From a virus, in the IMG/VR virus record IMGVR_UViG_3300023235_000002: a DNA stretch of 60,667 bases; one strand, written 5' to 3'. Position 1 is the stretch's first letter, and each line of letters starts with the position of its first letter. The notes beneath the pieces were generated by a model that did not search any database, was not told where the DNA came from, and saw only the letters and a program-made list of their open reading frames with translations. The position numbers were made by a program, and so were the translations under genes. Positions 33,876-42,656 of this stretch are shown here, piece after piece.

Positions 33876-34346
33876 TTAGCGTTTACGTCCACCACCAAAG
33901 GTCACTCTGGTCTGCCTATCAATATTGATCGGCATACCTGGGTGCTGTTCCTTCATGAGATCATTTTGTACAGCTGTCATTTGGTCCTGAGTAATTTTTG
34001 AAAAATACTCATTACGCTGTTTTAAAATCTCTTCGGGTATCCTTGCCAGCACAAGGCCTCCAATCCCGATGAACCCCTGATATTGTCCTGTAGCAATAAT
34101 AGGGTACTTCATTATTTCAACTGAATCTTTATATTCATCAGCTCTAACAAATTCATAACCTTCTCTTAGTTTCTTTGATACATTTCCTGCATCTTGGAAA
34201 CCAGCTACTTCGGTTCTTATCCATCTATGAATATAACCGTGTGGTGCAGGTGGTGCATCCAAACTCGATGGTAAAGTCCAACTTTTTTTTCTAGTAGTCT
34301 CAATTCTAGAATCGGACTTGCGTGAAGACTTGTCTAGTGTAGTCAT
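33876..34346 (-). CDS. Hypothetical head-module protein
   Basis: 156-aa ORF between the scaffold and auxiliary genes. Confidence 0.5.
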   Translation of the reverse strand: MTTLDKSSRKSDSRIETTRKKSWTLPSSLDAPPAPHGYIHRWIRTEVAGFQDAGNVSKKLREGYEFVRADEYKDSVEIMKYPIIATGQYQGFIGIGGLVLARIPEEILKQRNEYFSKITQDQMTAVQNDLMKEQHPGMPINIDRQTRVTFGGGRKR

Positions 34347-34347
34347 A

Positions 34348-35394
34348 TTATCTTTCCTCCTTCACGAATTTAGCATATTCCTCTAGTGGCACCCCTAATT
34401 TTTTAGCAATAGCCACCTGTGACTTGGTGAGAGTCACGGTTCTGCGTCCACCTTGCCTTCTAGAAACTCCAGCAACAGATTGGACGGGCTTCTTGTTGCT
34501 ACTTTCCTCACGGACAGTTTCTTTGGCATTAGCAAACTTAGAAGGAAAATATTCCTTCATTCGTTTATTAATTTCATTATAGTAGTCATCACTCTCTGCG
34601 TCAAACCCTTGACCTAAAAGCTCATCATGCAGACCCATAGCAGCAGAGGTCAATACTCTATCTTGACCAAACCAACTATTGTCTTGAGCCCAAGTTCTTG
34701 CTCTAGGGCTTATAGGAGCAGTATTTTGAGTGATTGCTTGCTCTGTAGATACTTGTTCTTTAGGTTGAGACTCTATTTCTTTTTGTCTTTTTTCTTTTTC
34801 CGATAAAGAAATTCTTACTTTTTCTTTTTCTACAGCTAATCTAGTTAAACTATCGTTAGCCTCCATTACTTGATCGGTATCCTGAACATCTAACGCATCT
34901 TTTAACTGTCTTCTTACTTTATCTCTCTCAGCGTCAATTCTAGCGTCATACTGTTTTAAGTATTCCGTATCGCTAGTCTCATACTTCTCAGAAACATCAG
35001 AATATTTTTTTTGAAGACCTTTAGCATACTCAAGTGCAGCTTTTTCTCTTCTTTCTGACTCTCTGTATTTAAAAGTTAATTCTTTAATTCTTTTTTGAGC
35101 ATTCTCAGAAACTTTAGAAAGATTATCCTTAGACTCTTCTTTTTTAGTTTCCGTTTCTTGAATAAAATCAACTTCAGGTTGTTCTTTTTTATTTTCTTGC
35201 TCTATCTCTTTTTTGTCTTCTGTTTTTTCTTTAGATAGAGTAGAAATATCTGTATATCCTAAATCTACATCTTCCTTTTTAATCTCAGAAGCATGTTTTT
35301 CTTTGTCTGTATCGGTAGTCTCAAAGTTAATGCTTGTTTCTTGAGCATCATCTGTATCAAGATCTACTTCGTTATTATTTGTTTGTTCTTGCAT
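34348..35394 (-). CDS. Scaffolding protein
   Basis: Acidic, Glu/Lys-rich coiled-coil protein between portal and capsid. C-terminal helix-turn-helix-like TLTKSQVAIAKKLGVPLEEYAKF. Confidence 0.55.
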   Translation of the reverse strand: MQEQTNNNEVDLDTDDAQETSINFETTDTDKEKHASEIKKEDVDLGYTDISTLSKEKTEDKKEIEQENKKEQPEVDFIQETETKKEESKDNLSKVSENAQKRIKELTFKYRESERREKAALEYAKGLQKKYSDVSEKYETSDTEYLKQYDARIDAERDKVRRQLKDALDVQDTDQVMEANDSLTRLAVEKEKVRISLSEKEKRQKEIESQPKEQVSTEQAITQNTAPISPRARTWAQDNSWFGQDRVLTSAAMGLHDELLGQGFDAESDDYYNEINKRMKEYFPSKFANAKETVREESSNKKPVQSVAGVSRRQGGRRTVTLTKSQVAIAKKLGVPLEEYAKFVKEER

Positions 35395-35402
35395 AGTTTC
35401 TC

Positions 35403-35840
35403 CTAGTAGTTATGAATGATATTTTGTGGATCACTGACCGTGCCGATAATTTCATCGTCATTAAGAATCCTTACTTCTCCAAGATCTGTTTTAAATCTAG
35501 ATCCAGCGTATCTTCCAAAGATTACCCACTGTCCTTCTTTACACCAAGCTCCTGTGGGAAATTTAGTTTCGTCTTGATAACAAAGAGGTCCCATTTTTAT
35601 TACGAGAGCACATACAGTTGCTATAGACATTCTTTCTTGAGCTTCATCCGATATATGAATTCCACCTTTTGTTTTGGAAGGCGGCATGTAGGGACGTACT
35701 AAAATTCTCCAGCCAGTAGGCTCTGGAACTTTACTAAGCATTTCTGATATGTCATTTGGATCGGTAGGTATAGTTGAATCTTTTTCTTTTTTAAGACTCG
35801 AAACTATCGCTGACCCGTCTGGTTTCACTAAGGTCGTCAT
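35403..35840 (-). CDS. GroES-like co-chaperonin (Cpn10 fold)
   Basis: WRILVRP...SKTKGGIHISDEAQE...ALVIKMGP...GQWVIFGRYAG...VRILNDDEIIGTV follows the GroES pattern. Confidence 0.5.
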   Translation of the reverse strand: MTTLVKPDGSAIVSSLKKEKDSTIPTDPNDISEMLSKVPEPTGWRILVRPYMPPSKTKGGIHISDEAQERMSIATVCALVIKMGPLCYQDETKFPTGAWCKEGQWVIFGRYAGSRFKTDLGEVRILNDDEIIGTVSDPQNIIHNY

Positions 35841-36027
35841 CTTCTATATCCTCATTTTTCAGCAGGTATTGAATCACCTGAAGCAGTTCTTCTAAAGAAC
35901 TGAGTTGACCCCTAGAATACTGAAGCTTCTCTATAGTGTCAACACCATGCACGATGTGTTCGGATTTGACCTTAATTAAATTTTTTATTTCGGATCGTAA
36001 ACGGTTAACTGTATCTATATCCATCAT
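35791..36027 (-). CDS. Hypothetical protein
   Basis: 78-aa co-oriented ORF. Confidence 0.45.
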   Translation of the reverse strand: MMDIDTVNRLRSEIKNLIKVKSEHIVHGVDTIEKLQYSRGQLSSLEELLQVIQYLLKNEDIEDDDLSETRRVSDSFES

Positions 36028-36065
36028 AGGAAAGTACTAACAAATATCAAAAGTAAAAGATATAG

Positions 36066-36452
36066 TTATTTTTTCTTAGTATTAATAATATCCGTTGCTT
36101 TTATGCCATATACAGCCGCTACCACTGAAATCCAAAGTCCAGTAATCCACCATGGCATAGCCTGTAATTTTTCAAAATAAATATCTAATTTTTCACCTAT
36201 CTTCTCGTCTTCTGCAAAGACTGAATAGGCTAATAAAAACAAAGGTGAAGATAAAACTAAAAGTATAAATTCATCTTTCCAGTCTCCTTTTTGAGACTCA
36301 GATACTTGATGCTTGAGCTCTATTTCTCCTCGAGACATTTTCTCTGCGTGCAGTAATCTTGCCTGTGAGATAGCTTGTTTTTCTTTTTGTTTGTTTTCGT
36401 ATACCGTGGTCGCCGTTTTGAACGCTGACCCTAAAAGATTCAACCATATCAT
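36066..36452 (-). CDS. Membrane protein, holin-like (resembles GTA-type 3-TM holins)
   Basis: 128 aa. N-terminal LLGSAFK..., then hydrophobic segments ILLVLSSPLFLLAYSVF and WWITGLWISVVAAVYGI. Confidence 0.4.
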   Translation of the reverse strand: MIWLNLLGSAFKTATTVYENKQKEKQAISQARLLHAEKMSRGEIELKHQVSESQKGDWKDEFILLVLSSPLFLLAYSVFAEDEKIGEKLDIYFEKLQAMPWWITGLWISVVAAVYGIKATDIINTKKK

Positions 36453-36813
36453 AATATTTTTTCGTCCTTCTTTTGCCTAAAAAGGGTATCATCTGTTCTA
36501 AGACCTGTAAAGCATGTAGTCCACTTACTGACCATGCCCAAGCTTGTTTGTGGTAATCTCTTAATTTTATTTTTCTAAAACTACCAGCATTAAAAAAAAC
36601 TTGAAATCTTTCTATAATATCTAAATCGGTCATAGATACAGAAAGTTCTATTCGTTTTCGATTAGATCCACTTTTCCAATATCCAAAGCTACCTTCTCCT
36701 TCAAATACTCCAGCAAGAAATGATAATTTTTGTTTTTTACTCCAAAGAGAAAAATTCACTTTAATAAAGTTTAATTTTTTTATGACCTTGAACTTGAATA
36801 GATTTAGTACCAC
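36298..36813 (-). mobile_element. Free-standing single-motif LAGLIDADG homing endonuclease gene
   Basis: LSFLAGVFEGEGSFGYW motif, ~170 aa like I-CreI-type enzymes. Overlaps both neighbours (53 nt and 155 nt). Confidence 0.65.
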
Positions 36814-37396
36814 GAGTAGAAACGGAAGTTCCTGTTTTCGCTCGTATAAAATTGATTCTTTTAAAAGTAGATGGCTTATCTATAGATAGAGAAGATAAAG
36901 AATTAATTTTAGGTAAAGAAGAATCTGAACCATCTGAAGTCTGAGTAGAGGTAGGGGTAGTTTTATTTTTCATACCCATAGCTTTTCTTCCTTTAGAAGT
37001 GTCACTTAACGTTTTGATACCAGTATACACACCAGCACCAGGCACTACCATGGCTGGTCCCATTGCACTAACATTAGCTGAAAAATTATCTCCGAAAGAA
37101 GTTATACTTCCTTTAGGAGCATACGCTTGCGTCTCGTAATCAAAATCACCATCATTTCCATAACTACTATCTTGGCTAGTATCTACACCTGCTGCATTTG
37201 CTTCTGCTTCGGAATATCCACCACCGCCAGTATCTTCAGCGTCAAGGAAACTAGGTATACCGTTTATCTTTTTTCCAGAGCCACCTAATTTTTTTAAAAG
37301 CTTAGCTTCTTTTTTGTTAATGTAAGCAAGGAACTCACCTTTAGGAGCTTTGTCCTCTAAAGTCTTCTTAGCTGATTTTATTTTTCTTTTTACCAT
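36761..37396 (-). CDS. Virion-module protein with an LAYIN-GGSG module
   Basis: 211 aa. GEFLAYINKKEAKLLKKLGGSGKKINGIPSF, shared with 11179..12240. Confidence 0.5.
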   Translation of the reverse strand: MVKRKIKSAKKTLEDKAPKGEFLAYINKKEAKLLKKLGGSGKKINGIPSFLDAEDTGGGGYSEAEANAAGVDTSQDSSYGNDGDFDYETQAYAPKGSITSFGDNFSANVSAMGPAMVVPGAGVYTGIKTLSDTSKGRKAMGMKNKTTPTSTQTSDGSDSSLPKINSLSSLSIDKPSTFKRINFIRAKTGTSVSTRGTKSIQVQGHKKIKLY

Positions 37397-37523
37397 TGTT
37401 TAAGTATAACACCTTTCGTAAAGGTACGTTAATACCTTGAGGGTTAGGTCCTCTTTTGGGAGGAACTCCAAATCGTACTCCTCCACTGAGTCCTTTTCTA
37501 TGATTTTGTGAATTTACACTCAT
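37368..37523 (-). CDS. Unannotated basic micro-ORF (51 aa, MSVNSQNHRKGLSGGVRFGVPPKRGPNPQG...)
   Basis: Manual translation. TAATG overlap with the preceding 35-aa ORF. Confidence 0.35.
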   Translation of the reverse strand: MSVNSQNHRKGLSGGVRFGVPPKRGPNPQGINVPLRKVLYLNNGKKKNKIS

Positions 37524-37630
37524 TATTTTTTCATTTTTTTAATATGTTTTTTAACTAGCTTAGCTTGTTTGGCATGTGTCTTTGATGCTTTTTTTAATCC
37601 TTTTAATACTTTTTTTAATTCTTTTACCAT
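37523..37630 (-). CDS. Unannotated Lys-rich micro-ORF (35 aa, MVKELKKVLKGLKKASKTHAKQAKLVKKHIKKMKK)
   Basis: Manual translation. GAGGA lies 8 nt upstream of the ATG. Confidence 0.4.
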   Translation of the reverse strand: MVKELKKVLKGLKKASKTHAKQAKLVKKHIKKMKK

Positions 37631-37670
37631 TATTTTTTCCTCACAATTGTTTTAGCATTTAAGTCCTTCT

Positions 37671-37850
37671 CTATGCTTTTGATTTTTTTGTCTTAGGTTT
37701 TTTAGCAGTCTTAGCTGCTTGAGCAAATTGAGCTGACGTAGGTCTTCCTTTGGATCCCTTTTTTCTCATTGTTTCACCACTGCCTTCTTTAATTCTTTTT
37801 TTCTTAGCGAGTATGTTTGCGTATAGTCCTGGTTTAGTAGTAGTAGCCAT
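37671..37850 (-). CDS. Unannotated basic small ORF (59 aa, MATTTKPGLYANILAKKKRIKEGSGETMRKKGSKGRPTSAQF...)
   Basis: Manual translation; one codon below the track cutoff. TAATG overlap with the portal stop. Confidence 0.5.
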   Translation of the reverse strand: MATTTKPGLYANILAKKKRIKEGSGETMRKKGSKGRPTSAQFAQAAKTAKKPKTKKSKA

Positions 37851-40228
37851 TATTGTCCTTTTGTTTGGTTTAATTTTTGTGCTTGTAGATTTAATTTTTC
37901 TTTAGCAATACCTAATCGATCTTGTTGTGAATCTTCTTGAGATTTTAACTTCTCCATACCTAAAGCTAGATCCGCTTCCTGTCTATCCATCTGTCCTTGC
38001 TCTTTCATTTGAGATTCTTGAGATTTACGTTGTAAGTCTAGAGCTCTCAGATCTATTTCTTGCTGCTTCAATTGAATTAAAGGATCTTGTTGAGCATTAT
38101 TAGCTTGAGCCTCCATCTGTTGTAAGCTAGACGTAATCTCTACTATCTTTTTAGCGATCAGCATATCTACTTGTGCTTGCATGGCTTCTGGATTTTGTTG
38201 AGCCATTTGCATCATTCTAGGATCTTGTTGAACCATTGCTGTAACTTCAGCGGTAGCTTTTAAACTAATGTGCTCTGAGATGTGAGACTGTAGTAAAGCA
38301 TACACCTGAGGATTAATTTGAACCATTCTAGATTGCATAAAGATAGAATGAGCTTGAATATGTGCCTCATGGTCTTGTTGAGGGAATGCTTGTAACAACT
38401 GTACCTTTAAAGATTCTGCATTTTCTCTCGCAGGGTCTATAGGAGCTGGTTGTTTCGGTGGAACTAGGATCATATCAATATTTTTAGTTCCTAAACTCTC
38501 ATATACACGTCTATAGGCTTCATATACGTTATGTAAATTAGGTGCAGACTGAGCAATTTGTAATTGTGTCTGTGCTAACGTCACTCTTTGTGTCATGGAC
38601 CATAAATTAGGGTCTGCCATCGGCAAAACATCAATACGATCATCGAAATCTGCTGATTTAATGTTTCTTTCTGCTCCATATACATCATAAGGATACTCTT
38701 CAGGTAGAGATTCATTACAAATTCTAGCTAAAATTTTAAATTCTTGTTTCATTGCGTAGTAACAACGCTTATGAATAGCGCTCATCACTCTAGAACCACG
38801 TTCCATAAGAGCAACGGTAGTACCCACAGCTGCTTGTTGATTACCATCTCCTACTTGAATGTCTGCAATAGCCGCAAATCTCTGACCAGCAGTCACAACA
38901 AAGTTTAATAAAGCAAATAAAGTTTGGGAAGGTTCTTTGAAAGGCAACATTTGGAACTGATCTTTGATATTTCCTCCTGGTGCATCCACATCTCTAAACT
39001 CTCCTGGTTGAATAGGTTGGTCATCGTCTCGTACTTTCATTCCTCTAGACTTAAATCCAGCAGGAAGATTGGACAACGTACCAGCGTCCAGTAATTGTCT
39101 TAATGCTTCGGTGGCCGTTCTAGTTAAACCACCAATCATGTGTAGTAAACCAAAGCCATAGAAACCTAATCCTGGTAAAAACTTAAAGTGAACAAAGTAT
39201 TCAATACGCTTGTACTTAGCGTCATCGGCTCGGTAGTTTCTATAGATAGATAAAATTTGTCCTGTGTTCTCTACTACCGTTACAATGTAAGGAACTTTAA
39301 TATTCGTTTCTTTGTTCATTTCTTGGGAAGTATATTCTTCTAAATCTAAGTCCACATGAACTTCTAATACATTATACAGTAGTTCATTGTAGGTAGGAGT
39401 AATTCCTTCAATCTTATTGATTTTTTCTTGAGTAGAATTTTGCTCCATGGTAGGTTCTTGTAGATCTATTTTAGAGTACACACCAATTTCCATTTTTTTA
39501 AGAATATCATTCTCTGTCATTTTCATAACTTGAGAAATTCTTTCGCACTCGGCTAAACTAGTAGCATAATAAGGAACCACTAAATCTCTTGGATGAATAT
39601 ATTTAGAAACAGGTCGTTCTAATAATTCATCATAATATACTTTTTTAAACGTGGATCCTGTTAGAGGTAAGTAATACAACATTTGATCTACATCGGTGGT
39701 ATATTCTTCCATCTTATCCATGATTAAATAATTCATGTAATCTTTAACACGGGTAGACTGTAATTCTTTCTCTGCGTTAGGAGAGCCTACAATCTGAGTA
39801 CGAACAGGACCATCTGCGGGTAGGAGCTCTTTATAAGCTTGTGCTTGAAACTGAACGCATGCTTCATTAAGCATAGGATGAGTAACACCGCTCGCACCTT
39901 TAAATGGTCTGTTCAATGGATTGTATTGTATGCCGAGTAAATCTAAACCTTTGGTGATGGTGTCTTCCCATTCTTTCCTTGACCCTAAATCATTTTTGTA
40001 GTCGTCTATTAAATCGTTAGCTAAGTTTTTTAATTCTCTTTCATCTAAACGATCTGCAATGTTTTCTGCGAAGTTGAATTCTGGTTCAGGTTCCTGATCC
40101 GTGGTCTCTGCTCCTTCTTCCACGATATCTATTTCTTCCATCACGGCCGAGGGATCAACGTCAGGTGAATCCTGTTGCTGTACTAATTCTTCTACGGACA
40201 ACTCTTGATTGTCTTTTTCAATTGCCAT
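37850..40228 (-). CDS. Portal protein
   Basis: 792 aa, downstream of terL. Acidic N-terminus and a long Gln-rich helical C-terminus (barrel-like). Call rests on position and size. Confidence 0.6.
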   Translation of the reverse strand: MAIEKDNQELSVEELVQQQDSPDVDPSAVMEEIDIVEEGAETTDQEPEPEFNFAENIADRLDERELKNLANDLIDDYKNDLGSRKEWEDTITKGLDLLGIQYNPLNRPFKGASGVTHPMLNEACVQFQAQAYKELLPADGPVRTQIVGSPNAEKELQSTRVKDYMNYLIMDKMEEYTTDVDQMLYYLPLTGSTFKKVYYDELLERPVSKYIHPRDLVVPYYATSLAECERISQVMKMTENDILKKMEIGVYSKIDLQEPTMEQNSTQEKINKIEGITPTYNELLYNVLEVHVDLDLEEYTSQEMNKETNIKVPYIVTVVENTGQILSIYRNYRADDAKYKRIEYFVHFKFLPGLGFYGFGLLHMIGGLTRTATEALRQLLDAGTLSNLPAGFKSRGMKVRDDDQPIQPGEFRDVDAPGGNIKDQFQMLPFKEPSQTLFALLNFVVTAGQRFAAIADIQVGDGNQQAAVGTTVALMERGSRVMSAIHKRCYYAMKQEFKILARICNESLPEEYPYDVYGAERNIKSADFDDRIDVLPMADPNLWSMTQRVTLAQTQLQIAQSAPNLHNVYEAYRRVYESLGTKNIDMILVPPKQPAPIDPARENAESLKVQLLQAFPQQDHEAHIQAHSIFMQSRMVQINPQVYALLQSHISEHISLKATAEVTAMVQQDPRMMQMAQQNPEAMQAQVDMLIAKKIVEITSSLQQMEAQANNAQQDPLIQLKQQEIDLRALDLQRKSQESQMKEQGQMDRQEADLALGMEKLKSQEDSQQDRLGIAKEKLNLQAQKLNQTKGQ
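40093..40110 (-). repeat. Recurrent motif copy (minus strand CAGAGACCACGGATCAGG) inside the portal gene
   Basis: 18-nt exact identity with 14712..14729. Confidence 0.9.
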
Positions 40229-40264
40229 TATAATTCCCTATCAAAAGTACTACAATTTGCAAGC

Positions 40265-40663
40265 TTAACAAATTTTAGTTTTTTTGTTTCTTCCTAATTT
40301 GGTCTTAACAGTAATGTAAGAACCTGACTTGTACTTGTTTACCGAACCACCCATCATGGATCCCATATGCTTAGGCTTTCGTCCTTTTTTTAAATCCTTT
40401 TTATCTTCTTCGTAATCAGGGTACATATCAGGAGAGCCTTCGTAACCTTCGCCTGGATCATTAATAACTGGAGCGTTAAGAAAGTGGCCTGGAGTCATAG
40501 GGGGCATTTTTCTTTTAAAGTTTTTAAAATCAGATTCATCTATCCCTTCATCTAAAACAGGTTTTTTTCCTACTTTAGAAATTTTTTTCCTTGCTAAATC
40601 TCTCAATGCTTTCCTTTCTTCTGGAGAAAGCCTTTCAGGTCTATCTTTTATTCCTCTAGGCAT
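40265..40663 (-). CDS. Lys/Arg-rich small protein
   Basis: 132-aa ORF between terL and portal. Confidence 0.5.
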   Translation of the reverse strand: MPRGIKDRPERLSPEERKALRDLARKKISKVGKKPVLDEGIDESDFKNFKRKMPPMTPGHFLNAPVINDPGEGYEGSPDMYPDYEEDKKDLKKGRKPKHMGSMMGGSVNKYKSGSYITVKTKLGRNKKTKIC

Positions 40664-40665
40664 AA

Positions 40666-41163
40666 TTAAAATATTCCTTTGAAGTTAGTTCCTCTGACAG
40701 CTATTCCTGTACCTCTAACTTTGTTAGTAGGACCTTCTGAAGATATCATAGAACCTTTTGAAGCTTTCATCATTTTGCCGTACTTAGCTTTCTTGATTGC
40801 TCCGCCTTTAGATTTTTTTTCAGCTAAATTTTGCAGGCGAGATAATTCCTTTTCAGATACTGCACCTTTTAATTTACTTAAATCTTTAGGATATATGCCA
40901 TCTTGAAGATCTTTTCTTGCCCTATCAGACAGTATTCCTCTACGGCTTAACTTTTGTTTAGCCTCTGCTCTTCTCAGTTGACGATTCAAATCTTCTTTAA
41001 AACCATTTTCTTTTGGTGATTTTTTTGTAGTTACTCCAAATTTTTGTAACTCTTCAAATGTCTTGACGCTTTTACCGTCTTTGGCTTTCATCATTTTAAA
41101 ATCTTCTCCAGATATTTTACCATCTTTATTCTTATCTAATTTCTTTTGTTTACCTTTTAACAT
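40666..41163 (-). CDS. Lys-rich protein ending in a GIAxRGTxFKG motif
   Basis: 165 aa. C-terminus VRGTGIAVRGTNFKGIF, shared with 44409..44720. Confidence 0.5.
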   Translation of the reverse strand: MLKGKQKKLDKNKDGKISGEDFKMMKAKDGKSVKTFEELQKFGVTTKKSPKENGFKEDLNRQLRRAEAKQKLSRRGILSDRARKDLQDGIYPKDLSKLKGAVSEKELSRLQNLAEKKSKGGAIKKAKYGKMMKASKGSMISSEGPTNKVRGTGIAVRGTNFKGIF

Positions 41164-41174
41164 TATATCTCTCC

Positions 41175-42656
41175 CTATGCGTAATATTTATATTCACGTT
41201 CTAATCTAGGCTCATCCTTCTCATCAGAGTACGTACTAATTAAACCGCCTTGTCGGTATCTTAACATAGCTTGTGTGGTGCTGTCGACATAGTCATCGTG
41301 TTGACCATGAGGAAACGCTGCACACTCTTCAATCACATCTTGAGCCCAATGTTCTTCTGGAGCCCATACCATTCCGCTCTCAAAAATAGGAGCCACTACA
41401 TTGGCTCTGGTAAATTTATCTCTTCCTTTAGCTGGAACATAATCTAAAACAGGTATGCCCATTCTTCGTAACTCTTGAATTAAAGGCGTACCAGTAGCTT
41501 TTGCTTCAATAACAATACTTTCTGGTTCCCAATATTTATATAAATCGTAAGCAACTACTTTAAGATCAGGGAAATCCCATCTTCCTTTTTGAGCATCTAA
41601 TAAAATAAGATTAGGTTCATAACCTTCTACAGGATGAAACACTCCCCATACCGTAATAGCAGAATAATCGGCAGATTCTTTTTTAGAATAAGCAGTATCC
41701 ATACTCATAATAACATGATCTAGTTTAGGAATATCTTCTCTATCCCAAACCTTCCACCATTCACGTTTTAATATAGCTCCTTCCTCTGCAACAGGATTTT
41801 GCATATACTGTGCATTCCAATTGTGAACTGAAATAGAAGCTTTCACTTTTTCTAATTCTTCTAGGCTCCAATATTCTGGCCATACGGATCTACCTGATTC
41901 TAATATGGCAGGGAAATTAATAACTTTCCATTGATCGGACTTAGGTTCTTTTTGAGCCTTGATGAGCCTTCCTGTTAAATCATCCTGTGCCCAACGGGTC
42001 ATAACTACCACAATCGTTCCACCAGGTTGTAAACGCTGACGAGGACCTGAGCTGTACCAATCGTAAGCTCGCTCCATTGCTGTATCAGACATAGAGTCTT
42101 GCTCGGTATGGGGATCATCAATAATTAATAAATCTGCACCACGTCCTGTAATGGAACCTCCTACACCAGCAGCAAAATATTCTCCACCATGATTAGTTTC
42201 CCAACGTCCTTTTGCTTTACTGTCTTCTCTAAGTTTAACGTCTCCAAAAATTTGTTTATATTCTGGGGTATCCATTAAGTTTCGAACCTTAGAACCAAAT
42301 CTACTAGCAAGTTCAGCATTGTGGGATACTTGCATAATTTTCATCTTAGGGAACCTTCCTATCATCCAAGCGGGGAACAGGTAAGAAGCAAATTCAGATT
42401 TAGTATGTCTAGGAGGCATATTCACAATGAGCCTTTTTAAATCTTTACTAGCAATCTTAGTGAACTCATTGGCAATAATTTGATGGTGTCCCCATTCATC
42501 TTTTTTATTGGTATTACGATAAATAAAATCTGGCCAGACTTCTTGAACAAAAATAAGAAAGTCATCCTGACATAATTTTATATATTCTAATTGCTTTTTT
42601 AAAACTATATCTTGTAATTCTTCATCGGTTAATGTAACTAAATTTTTTAAAACCAT
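41175..42656 (-). CDS. terL: Terminase large subunit
   Basis: LIVNMPPRHTKSE (Walker A-like), ADLLIIDDPH (Walker B). Nuclease half: MSMDTAYSKKESADYSAITVWG ... HDDYVDSTTQAM. Confidence 0.9.
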   Translation of the reverse strand: MVLKNLVTLTDEELQDIVLKKQLEYIKLCQDDFLIFVQEVWPDFIYRNTNKKDEWGHHQIIANEFTKIASKDLKRLIVNMPPRHTKSEFASYLFPAWMIGRFPKMKIMQVSHNAELASRFGSKVRNLMDTPEYKQIFGDVKLREDSKAKGRWETNHGGEYFAAGVGGSITGRGADLLIIDDPHTEQDSMSDTAMERAYDWYSSGPRQRLQPGGTIVVVMTRWAQDDLTGRLIKAQKEPKSDQWKVINFPAILESGRSVWPEYWSLEELEKVKASISVHNWNAQYMQNPVAEEGAILKREWWKVWDREDIPKLDHVIMSMDTAYSKKESADYSAITVWGVFHPVEGYEPNLILLDAQKGRWDFPDLKVVAYDLYKYWEPESIVIEAKATGTPLIQELRRMGIPVLDYVPAKGRDKFTRANVVAPIFESGMVWAPEEHWAQDVIEECAAFPHGQHDDYVDSTTQAMLRYRQGGLISTYSDEKDEPRLEREYKYYA

